Shown in pieces: positions 11,801 through 22,550 of a stretch of DNA of 64,000 nt. Every line of letters begins with the position of its first letter. The first letter of the stretch is position 1. The notes beneath the pieces were generated by a model. The model had not been told where the DNA came from, did no database searches, and saw only the letters and a program-made list of their open reading frames with translations. The position numbers and the translations under genes are program-made. The DNA lies in assembly GCF_030684315.1 (NCBI RefSeq), contig NC_081384.1, forward strand, positions 16,716,818 through 16,780,817. Direction: 5' to 3'. Source of the DNA: Stegostoma tigrinum. Taxonomy: Eukaryota.

Positions 11801-13519
11801 CCTCTATGTCCATGTGCCAGGACTCAATTAGAGCTCTCAGTTCCACTGGAGAGGCTGATTGAATCCATGCCCTTCAGGCATTTAACTGGCTACCTGTAGT
11901 AAAACTCCTTACAGCACAAGTCCCAATCTTGGTCAATCTGAGGCTGACAGTACCAGTAAGGGGATAATGCAACCCCCCGATCCCCCCGCAAAGGCCCTGT
12001 GTCACTGTGGAAACCCAGGCCAGAGGCAAGTGAGGATGAGATGGAGATTGTGAGGCTGGTATGGAGTTGGAAGGTGGGAAGGAAGGTTGGAGGCAAGGGC
12101 ATGTGGATAGCACCACCGCCCCCTTTCTGAAGCTAGGTCCTTTGATGGCACACATAGATCTGAATTGTCTAAAAGCTGAAGAAATTCTCCTTTGTCCTGG
12201 AAACAATTAGGCAGGCCTGAACCCTGAAGCCTTGCCCTGGAACATGCCACCTATCATTCACTTTGAGGTAATGGAGGGTGAGCTCCAATTTACATATCAA
12301 TACATTTACACATTTACAAATCAATTCATGCAGGTTGCTCCAGTATAACTGTTACAGATTTTACAATGCAGCTGCCCTGGGCTAATCATTTTCAGTAGTG
12401 AAATGTCCAAAATATGACTTGTGCACATTAGACCATGTAGGAGAATGTCTAAAGTTGCCAGGGGCTGATGCAAAATGGTGTACCCCTTTGGAAATGTAAA
12501 GCAATCTTTTGAATGTGGTCTTGGGTAATCTTTGAACAGATGTCCAGTGCTCTTTTGGAAAATGACGTGCCCTTTGGTTTGTTAAAAAATAGACATGAGT
12601 ATACTTAAAAATGTTTCAACTCATGGAAGCTGTCGAGCTCATTGGTACTTTGAAGACAGACATCAAAGTGAACTTTCAGCAGAATTGTTGCAAGGTGTCA
12701 TTAAGTTGTTGAGGCATTTAAAACAGATACCCTGTCAACAGCTGAAAATCCTGAATGGAATGTTTTAAAAATAAATCTGTGCTTTCTATCTCACACTGTC
12801 TGTTGATGTAAGCCCGGGGTATAGCACCAGAGGATTAGTACTGCATAAAGTATTTCACAACCTTTGATTTTCATGTGAGGTGCCTCTCAGTTCACAATTT
12901 AACTTGCAGCTCTGAGTGACTAAAATGTCTTGGATATGGGCTCTGAATTCCTGTCCTTGTTTTTATAAGGGACACAAAGGGTGACAGCTCCCTGAAGATA
13001 GTGACTATAAGGATTCCTTCAACCCCACCACCCACAATGTGATCAGCTGGACAGCCTTCCAATGGCAGGGGAAGACCTTGTGACCCTTGGGTATAATGCT
13101 TGTTGGTGGCCTCATTAATTAATCAAAACTTTCCATCCTGCTGATGAGGGCTTAGCCACAGAATGGAAGAATTATTATTGGTGCAGGAGGAGGACATCGG
13201 GCACATTTTGTTTGCCCCTACCCCTGGTTTTATAATACATAAAATGTGCTCATTAAATTCCCTTTCACCCTCCCTGCATAACTGGTGGAGGAATTGCTGA
13301 GGCTAGTGTCATGTGACCATTCCCATGATTACTTGAGCCAGATTGCCATGGATCCTGGTGCAACAAGCTGCATTAATTAACCTGGTGGCCTTATTGCTTT
13401 CTGTGATGCCAAGTATAAATGAGACACTTTCCCGATTATAGGGAGAAAGGAAGCCAGCCAGCTATCATATGCTTTAGGTCAACTTACAAAGCTAAGTATA
13501 ACTCTTCACTGTACCTTAA

Positions 13520-14470
13520 TTCAGCAAATGTTGCTTGGAGTCACAGAAGAATGGTTCCAAGGATGAGGGCATTCACTTACATAGTTAAGTTGGAACTGTT
13601 TCCCTTGGAGAACACATTCGATCGGGATATTCAAAATCATGAGAGGTCTAAAGTGAGTAGATAAGGAAAGTAGTGTTCCCATTAATGGAAAGGTTGAGAC
13701 ACATGGGGCACAGTTCTAAGGATATTGGCAGCAGAATATGAGGAGAAACTTTATTGTGCAATGAATGGTTATGATCTGGAATGTGCTGGCTAAAAGTGTG
13801 CTGGAAGCAGATTCAAATGAGGTGTTTAGGAGAGAAATGAATTGTCACCTTAAAAGACAAAGTAAATGGGGCTACAGTGAGAGGTAAGTAGGTAATAGCA
13901 TTGTGGTAATACCTTCGGATCAGTAATCCATAGTCCCAGGCTAAAGGACTGGGGACATGGGTTTGAAACCCAGCATGGCAGTGAAAAAAAATTGAATTCA
14001 ATTAAAAAAATTAAAATTAAAGGGAAAAGCTAGTCTTATGGTGACCATGAAACTAGTGTTGTAGAAACCCATCTGGGGCTTTAATAGCATAGTGATAGCA
14101 TCCATACCCTTCAGCCAGGAAGTGTGGTTTCATCGCCACCTGCTAAACAGCTGAATAGTAACATCTACGAACAGATTGATCAGAAATTATAATAAAAACC
14201 CACCTCGTATACCAGTGTCCTTTAGGGAAGGAAATTTGCCATCTTTACCTGGTTTTGTCTAGATGTCTCTCCAGACCCACAGCAATGTGGTTCATTCTTG
14301 ACTGTCTGTGATAGGGTAGTTAGGGGTGGGAAACAATTGCTGGCCTAGCCAGTGATGCCCACATCTTATGAATGATTTTTTTTACAATGTAGCATTAAAT
14401 GAGTTGCTACCATAGAGAGCCAGCACAGACACAATGGGCCAAATGGTCTCTTTCTGATCTGTAGAGTTTT
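13520..14470 (+). mobile_element. Degenerate CR1 3' fragment interrupted by a SINE (13895-14383)
   Basis: agaagaatggttccaaggatgaggg...ggttatgatctggaatgtgctg..., resuming at ~14390 with agagagccagcacagacacaatgggccaaatgg. Confidence 0.7.
13895..14383 (+). mobile_element. tRNA-derived SINE with L2/Crack-like LINE tail; short SINE nested at ~14078-14192
   Basis: Head (gtggtaat...gggtttgaaaccc), body (cctttagggaaggaaat...ccagacccacagcaatgtggtt) and tail (tgctggcctagccagtgatgcccacat) are all similar to 43155-43490. Confidence 0.8.
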
Positions 14471-15819
14471 TACAATTCTACTTACAGTGAGGGCCAGAAC
14501 AGGTCTGTGAGTTTAGGTTGGAGGCTAGCGCTGCTTGTAAGCAGGGCCTTGCGCTAATGACAATACAGATCTTCCACCTGCACCAAATTAAAATTGATTT
14601 TGTTAAGTCTCTATTAGTCTCAATTACAGATACACAGTGCATGCTAGTCGCAGGGCTTTGAGCTGCTCTGCACTCAATAAAAACAAAGGTAAATAGGGAT
14701 TACATTTTTTGTAGATGCAGTACAGCTCTGCAAGATAAGTAGAGAAATAGATCAGTGAGTTAAGTGCCATGCTTTGACACCTTTGCTGATGTGAGAAGAA
14801 ATTTGTCCAAGTGCCACACTGTGGGAGGTCAGAGGTCACCAGATGTGACCTGGTGTCAGGGGAGCTCTCTCAAGGCCCTTGGAATGATGGAAAAATGTTT
14901 GACGCTTTTCCTCAATGGTTCTAGCTTGCTAACACAACACAGCTGACTGAACACAAACAGAGGTGGTGTAATACACTAAAATCTGTACTTCCTCTGAAAC
15001 TTCCAGTCATTTTCCTGTGAAATTCCAGACGGCTGAATTTTCCTGGCAGTGGCTCAAAAGTGGCCACTTTCTTTCAACTAAATCAATATACATCAAGATC
15101 GTGTGGCTTAGTTGTAACAAATATCAAAATGATCAACTCCTGACTTAATTATAAAAAGCTGCATTTGGCCATTGGAATAGATCTCGCCAAGCACCCAACC
15201 TGCATCTTTAAGAAAGAAAAGAAATTCAGTTGGTTGATTGAATTTGAACAATAGTTTACACCATTGTGCAGCAGTGTAGATGTAACCTTTGTGGAACGGA
15301 ACTGCCCTTTCAGCCTTCAGTAAATGATCGCCTGTGCAATTTTGAATTGAAGGAAAAACCCTTAATGAAACATCAAGGGACCAGAAGACAATTTTTCATT
15401 CATTTTATTTTTAATATACTGAAAATTCTATCCTCTTGTTTATGAATATTTTGACTTATTGTCTTGTGACAAATGATATAGTGGCAAGTGGCACTTTGAT
15501 GATTGTGCCAGGTCATAGTTCAGACAGGAGAGAATGTTTTCCTTAATCTGTTGCTCAAGGTAGAAGCACAATAGTTGATGCTTCACAATATAGAAGTCTC
15601 GTAGCGTAGCCTGTGATTTTCAATGTGTATGGCAGTGGCAGTGTCCTCTTCCAGTGTGACATTGGGTTCATAATAGTTCACAAAAAGATGATAACAACTT
15701 GATTGGTGAGTGACACAAAAGTGTGAGTGTGCCAGAAGACATTGTGTTAATCTGCATAGTTAAGTATGTTACTTAGAGCAACAGGCAGAGCAGATAGACA
15801 AGATTCGTTGTTAAATCTA

Positions 15820-16080
15820 TGACTAGGATATATAGTCCAAAACATAAAGTTATACTTTTCAGAGGTGAAATTAGGAAACACATTTTAGTGCAAAGGTGGG
15901 TTGTTTGGAACTTTCTTCTGCAAATCACAATTGTTACTCGGTCAGTTGTTAATTTTAAATCTATGAATTATAATTTTGCCTACAGTGTCTGTTGAGTCTA
16001 AGGGGAAAAGATCGGTATATGGAGGTGGGTTGCAGATCTGTCATGATTTAATGGAATGGGGACCAGCTTCAACGATTGAA
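15820..16080 (+). mobile_element. Degenerate CR1 3' fragment
   Basis: gaaattaggaaacac...tttggaact...gcagatctgtcatgatttaatggaatgg pattern. Confidence 0.6.
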
Positions 16081-16264
16081 GCTATGTTATATTGTGGTGA
16101 TGAACGTATCGTATGTATCAGTTTGATTCAGGAAAATTTCACAAAGTCATGAGACAAACAGATGTTACCCAGTTTAATATTAATGTTTTCTGTTAATCGC
16201 ACTTTGTCTTTTTGACTGTGAATAGCAACAGACTTTTAGGTACATAGTTAACCAGTTTTGTTTG

Positions 16265-16600
16265 GAGTGTGAGCACCACTGGCAGGGCCAGAGGTTATTG
16301 TTCATCCAGATGTGCTTTGAGAAGATGGTGGCCATCACCTTGAAGAGCCTTCTACTTCTGAGCGGTTTCCAAGAGCACTTCAACATGACAGGTAAGAGTC
16401 AAGCGCAGTGCTATAGCATTGGAAGCTGGGTCTTTAAGGACAGCAGGCTTTATTCCCTGGAGGGCGTTACTGAACCAGTTGGACAGTCACTGAGATCCAA
16501 AAAGTTTGTGGTCACACTTTATCAATGCCTCCTTTTCAATTTCCAGCTATTTTAAAGTGGAATTCAAATTCTCAGGCAGCTATGATGAGATTTCTGCAAC
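16265..16600 (-). mobile_element. Degenerate tRNA-SINE of the LINE-tailed type
   Basis: Reverse complement of the shared tail at 16265-16340 and of the head/body (ctgaaccagttgg...aattcaaattc). Confidence 0.55.
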
Positions 16601-17857
16601 TTGAGGGTTTGGGTTTGCAAACTCGCGTGAAACAAAGTGATAGCTTAACTTTAATTGCATGAACCACAAGGTAAAATCTCAATATTTTTCTTCATGCTTG
16701 ACCAGCTTTACCTTTAGTAAGAAATATGCCCTTGTCGTAGGTGCCTTAGCCACATCCTGCCAATGTCCAAAAATCTTCCAAAAATAAAGCATTTCATCAG
16801 TTTGTTAGAGTAGAGGTTTCTCATGAAGAATCAGCTGGCATAGCAAGATGGATTCTAAGCACATTGTAACTCCCAATCTCAGCTGTAGTTTTATAACATA
16901 ATATATTCCAAAATGTCTTCCATTGAAAGGGTTTTCAATTTTGACTGTGCAGTGATGCAGATAGGATTGTCATGATGTTTAACAGTCACTTAGGGAGTCC
17001 TAATTGCTGTGGTGATGTGCATTTTTGCTTGCATGTTGTAGTGTGGAGACATGGGTCGTGATAGTGGAAGCTTCAACACTCTTTCCTGTCGGACCAGGAA
17101 TCTCTTCCATTCTTAACTTGCTGCTATTGGCAGGGGTTGAAAGGGTTTGATGATTGTTACTTGACATGCTTGACTGTATAATGAAGGAACTTCTTCGGGG
17201 ACATTGAGATCTGGAATGGGACTTGACCCTGTAGCTCCTAGGTTACCTACCTTAGGAGAGCAAATTCTTTGCATGATCAGTACACAATCTCAGCCATCCT
17301 GGATAAATAAGTGAGGATCTTGACACTGTCCATTAGCAGGGACTGCTGGAAAGAAAGTGTTCCTTTGTTGCTCTCATGAGACCAGCGCAGGCCAAGGCCT
17401 TGGAACAGATTCCCAGGCTGTTCTCTCTGTGGAGATAGTGTAGAGCTTGGATGAAGCAAAGAGAAGAAAAATAAATATCTGTAAAGAAAAACTTGTAGCA
17501 GCCAGCACTTTCTGCTTATTGAAAGAATCCTTCTGCCTCTAGACATTAACTTGGACACAGCGATAGGATTCTTTCTGTCAAGTATTAATACCCGTTCTAT
17601 AAACTTACATTATGGTACTAAAATAACTATCAAACATTGAAATAAAGTTCCTTTTAATTTTTTTCACAACAAAACTCTATTAAGGAAGTTTAATTTTCAT
17701 CTTCCCGCTGCTCAAAACTTGTCATTTAACACTTTAAGGCTAAAAATTACTATTGGGGCTGTAAGACAGAATAAATGCTTACCACCTACATAAGACATTC
17801 CGCTGTTCTTTATGAATACAATTTTGCTCCACAACAACACTACTAATGCAGAATAAT

Positions 17858-18006
17858 AAATAACAAAGTGTGAAGCTGGATGAACACAGCAGGCCAAGCA
17901 GCATCTCAGGATGTGCTCCTGAGATGCTGCTTGGCCTGCTGTGTTCATCCAGCTTCACACTTTGTTATCTTGGATTCTCCAGCATCTGCAGCTCCCATTA
18001 TCTCTG
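17858..18006. mobile_element. Penelope-derived palindromic mini-element with 12-bp TSD
   Basis: Perfect inverted repeat 17860-17911 / 17917-17968 with a 5-nt loop, then a tail. Flanked by ATGCAGAATAAT at 17846-17857 and 18007-18018. The arm resembles fragments at 48100, 48794, 58655 and 60330. Confidence 0.75.
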
Positions 18007-18144
18007 ATGCAGAATAATGCTCACTTTTCTTACCCTCTGCAAGGTTAGTTGCTGTAGCTATATAAGCATAGGAACATTAACTCCATTGCATTCTATTGCC
18101 TAGCACCTTCCTATGGCAATCTCATCATCGCCATTTTAATGGCA

Positions 18145-18470
18145 TTATAAGAACATGAGAACATAAGAACCAGGAGCAGGAGTAGGCCATTCAATAAGAT
18201 CATGGCTGATCATGTTGTGTTCTCAGCTCCACTTATCTACCCTCTCACTATAACCTTTAATTCATTTACTGTACAAACATTTATCTACCTTAGCTTTAAA
18301 AACATTCAATGAGGAAGCCTCAACAACTTCACTGGGCTGGGAATTCCATAGATTCTCAACCCTTTTGGTGAAGGAGTTCCTCCCCAATTCAGTCCTAAAT
18401 CTGCTCCTGCTAATTTTGAGGCTATGCCTTGTTCTGGTTTCACCCACCAGTGAAACGTCCTCCCTATCTA
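18145..18470 (-). mobile_element. CR1 3' fragment
   Basis: Minus ORF reads SLVGETRTRHSLKISRSRFRTELGRNSFTKRVENLWNS. Tail is seen as (taagaaca)n on the plus strand. Confidence 0.88.
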
Positions 18471-18800
18471 TCTTACATAAAATTACTTTGTATAGCATTA
18501 ATGTTCCTATTGGTTAAGGGAGGATTTTGGAATGGCCATTTTAATTTTTTTATTGATCTACTTTCTTTTGGAAAAATGTTCTCTGCATTCTTCACCCTAA
18601 AGATGTTGAATCTGCTTCTGATTATACAATAATAAGAATTCTATGTTCAGTTTTGGTCTTTTCTTGTACTTGTGAATTATGAAAGCTTTGGTAAAGCTGC
18701 AGAGAAGACCCACCTGATTCTTTCTGTGGTTAAAGAATCATCACTTCTAAAATAGCCTCGAAGAGCTGGTCCTTTAAGCTTTAGAGAAGGACAGACCAAA

Positions 18801-18860
18801 GGTTAGGGCTAGGTATAGGGTTAGAGTTAGGTTGGTGGCTAGGGTTAGGTTGGTTGGGGT
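18801..18860 (+). repeat. Degenerate (TTAGGG)-like tract
   Basis: ggttagggctaggtatagggttagagttaggttggtggctagggttagg. Confidence 0.5.
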
Positions 18861-18994
18861 CTATTTGGTGGCTGAAGTGATTAGGTTTTGTTTGAGTGGT
18901 GGACAGTTTGTTTCGAAGTGACACTCTCTCAGATGCAGTAAAGAAAAATCTAGGTTAAGACATGAGCATGTGGTTAGTTTATCCAGGAATAGTG

Positions 18995-19590
18995 AAACAT
19001 GGAAACTAGGAGCTAGGATTAAGCCACTCAGCCCTTTGCACCTGCTCTGGTATTCAACAGATCACCCCTGATCCTCTCTCTCAATACCACACTTGCTCTC
19101 CATACCCCTTGATTCCTTTAAAACCTAGAAATTTATCGGTCTCCTTCTTGAATGCATTCAATGGCTTGGCCTCCACAGCCTCCTGTAATTGAAAATTTGA
19201 CAGGCTCACCACCCTTTGAAGAATCTTTTTCCTCATTTTAGTCCAAAGTGGTCTACCGTGTATCCTGGGTCTATGGCAACAGGTGCTTGACTTGCAAATC
19301 AATAAAAAGATTGACCATCATCTAGTCTGTCCATTCTGTTAGAATTTCAAATATTTCAATCAGATCCCTTCTCATCTTTCTCGAATGAATGCAGGCCTAT
19401 TCAATCAAGTCTTTCCTCAATGACAATCCTGCCATCCCCAGTATCACCCTAGTGAACACTCACTGCACTCCCGCTCTGGCAGGTATACTTTTTTCTAAGT
19501 AAGGAGACCAGAACGGCAGGTATTTCTCCAGGTATGGTCTCCTGGAGAAGACCCTGTGCGACTGCATTAAGATACCCCTGCTCCTGAGCT
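18995..19590 (-). mobile_element. CR1 3' fragment
   Basis: Minus ORF reads GRPLWTKMRKKILQRVVSLSN...AFKKETDKFL...IKGYGE. Confidence 0.85.
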
Positions 19591-21127
19591 CAAATTGAAA
19601 GGACATTCATGAACCAGTTAGGGTTTTACAATAATTGACAGTTGCCACCATCAGGGTAACTCAATTACGGATTTTTCATTGGATTCAAATTTCACTATCT
19701 GCCATTCTGGGATTCAAAGATATGTTTTCCTCTGCTTGTGGTTTTGGTGCCATCTGAGATTAGACACCTCTCTGTGCCTAGTTTCTGAAGGAGGCTTGTG
19801 GTCAAATCCATTCAGATGACACATAGGATCCTCTGTGGGCAGTGCTGATGTTATACTTCAAAGTTTATCTTGGGCTTCGCAATATGTCACCCATTCTTAT
19901 TTTTCAACTGTTTTTCCCTGGAATATAAATCCACGAGTGTCCATAGACAATTCAAGTGTCTTGCTTTAGCTCTGGGATTAGACAATGGGAGTTGGATGGC
20001 TATTAAATTCCAGAGAGCTTCATGGTCATGCTAATTCCTCCCTCGTTCTACATCAACAAACGTGAAAATAAAGAACTTACTTTTATATAGTGCCTGTCAG
20101 GCCCTCAGGCTATCCCAAAAATCTTAAATAAAGTAATTTTGAGGCATAGTGACTATAGTAAAATGCATTTTCTAGCAGGGGGTCATTGGCTAGTTTTCAG
20201 GAGCAGGAACACTGACAATATAATTTGACGCCCTGAATCGAGAATATTCAGCAAAGGTAATGTTGTTCCAACTGTTTTGGCTAAACTCAGTTCACTCGGC
20301 GTATGTCAGGAATCAGGCTTAACAAGCATCTGCTCCGTGGCTTCAAACCAAACTCGATGATCCAGTTGTAGACAATTTCTTTTATCAGGTTTAATTTGCA
20401 AATGTTGTTTTTGCAGAATATTTTTTTGAGTTTCCACTCCCTCCGACGTTTGAAAGTTTAAAATCATCTCAAATATAAGTAGCAAGTATAGTTGCTTGTT
20501 CTTAAAACATTCAGTAATAGTTTGCAGTATCAAGGTTCAAACTAAATGCGTTCATCACCTGGAAAAGATGGCCACTTTAACTTAGAATAGAAAAAGCAAA
20601 GATATTTCCTGGTGCACCCACCCACACATTGTATGATAGATTGCAGACATATTCATTGGGTTACACTTATGAAAAATAGGTTTCTAGCCAAGTCTATGAT
20701 ATTAAGCTGTCTCTTCCATTCAAAGGCAAGATTTTCTGGCTTACAACATGTATAGGAAATGGTTTGGTGCTTTAAAATTTGATCATTATAAGCTGATTAT
20801 GATATACAAAAGACATTAAGCAGTTTGCACTCCATGGTTTTGTTCTGTAGGGTTAGGGTATAAAACTCATACATCATTAATCAACCTTAAGGAAACCCAA
20901 TAAAACAATGAGACAAAAACGAAAACATCTCAGTCAAAGTAAGCTGCAGGATTCGATTTTGACATTATTTAGGAACTTGGCCAGGGCAATCCCCAGTTGT
21001 AACTACAATATTTAGTGGCTGTGTGGTCATTTTCCCCTCTACCCTGCATCAGGTAAATCTTTACGATTAATCATGGGGAAGCATTGCCCCATTGGCAGTC
21101 AAAGCAGCTTCTTAACTGCATTAGAAA

Positions 21128-21330
21128 CAGAATTCCTACAGTGTGGGGGCAGGCCATTCGACCCACCCAGTCCACACTGACCTCCTGAGAAGCATCCCAC
21201 CCAGATCCAGCCCCCTACCCTATCCGTGTAACCCTGCATTTCCCAGGCTAATCCACCCAGCCTGCATATCCTTGGACACCATGTGCAACTTAGCATGGTC
21301 AATCCACCTAACCTGAACATTTTTGGCCTG
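21128..21330 (-). mobile_element. HE1 (V-SINE) 3' half
   Basis: cctacagtgtgg...aggccattcg...ttagcatggtcaatccacctaacctg, as in the copy at 30397. Confidence 0.8.
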
Positions 21331-22099
21331 AACATGATTTCTGCTGCTCAGTGAAATGTATAAAGGGAGAAACTAGTCCTTGTTCCACCCTCTTTTCCCC
21401 CAGTTGGAGAAAAGGACTTAAAGGATCTGTTTTGGTGAACCAACCACAACCCTCCCCCCACCTACCACCACCCCCACCCCAACCCTATGAAGCTACTTGA
21501 CAGCATTTTGACCTCAGACAATGTCCTGGCATCCTGGTTGGCCAACCTAAACACACCTTAGATCTGTTGAGTATGGTAATGAAAATCATATATCTGATTA
21601 AGAACACCTTCCAGAAATTAGCCTGCGCCAAGTGGAACAAACTTAACTCAAACTTAATTGGCATTTGCTGGAGCCCGACTAGTGATTGTCAATAAGCAGG
21701 CAAAGCTTTTTCTAATTTTATCTTTGCCTGGAACCTGGGAAAACAGGGCAACTGCACATCTTGTTCCTGTTTCGGGTAATAACCAACCTTTTCACTTCAA
21801 CTGTTTAAAATTTTAGTTAACCCGGTAAGATTGACTGAATTATTTTTATGAAGACTTTTAAATGATTGCACATATAAAAGTGAGACTGATAATAATGCAG
21901 AAATACTGTTTGCGTTTTTGTTACAAAATAAGGAATATTTATTTTGGTGCATCCTGACTGACCCACATCTGTACTGACTGGACCTATCAGCTCTATTCCC
22001 TTGTTCTGATGACACAACTCTTGCCCTGTTACTCTCCTCTTCTTAATTAATATCATCCAGTGAAAACTGGATGATATTAATAGTTGTTTGGTAATGCAA

Positions 22100-22550
22100 A
22101 ACTTTAAATACGTGTTTGCAATGGAGAGTGCACCAGGGAATTGTCCTGCAAACATTTTGTTTAGTTCAAAAAAGTACAATGCCTGGACATATTCCTTTCT
22201 CCTGCAGGAGACAGATGCCCGTGTGTTAACTATGAAGTCTCTAGCAAGTGTAAACGAACCCCATATTTCAAGTCCTCCAGACAATCATAAATTGGTTGTT
22301 AGTGTGATATCTAACACACTTTTTTGCTTGTTCAGCAAATGTTGTCCAATTGCAAATTGCGACTTAGACATTACATATTAAATCTTGTAAGCACAGGTCG
22401 GCGCAGGAAGCTAAATTAATAAGTACCCATTTTCTCATGTAATAGTGGTTGTTACTCCCCTTAGAAATTTAATATTCTTGCATCTATCCTGGTAGTACAC
22501 GATGAAAAGCTTTCACAAATTGTGTCTTCCTTCAGAAGTACTTGAAATTG
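22100..22550 (+). mobile_element. Unclassified repeat ending in a degenerate hammerhead-like motif
   Basis: Its 3' end (tattcttg...gatgaaaagct...tgtgtctt) is shared with 62870-63100 and more weakly with 33020-33260. Confidence 0.5.

Noticed and set aside
21817-22381. Overlapping 155-aa and 97-aa ORFs
   Set aside because: No protein similarity recognised. They overlap an unclassified repeat.
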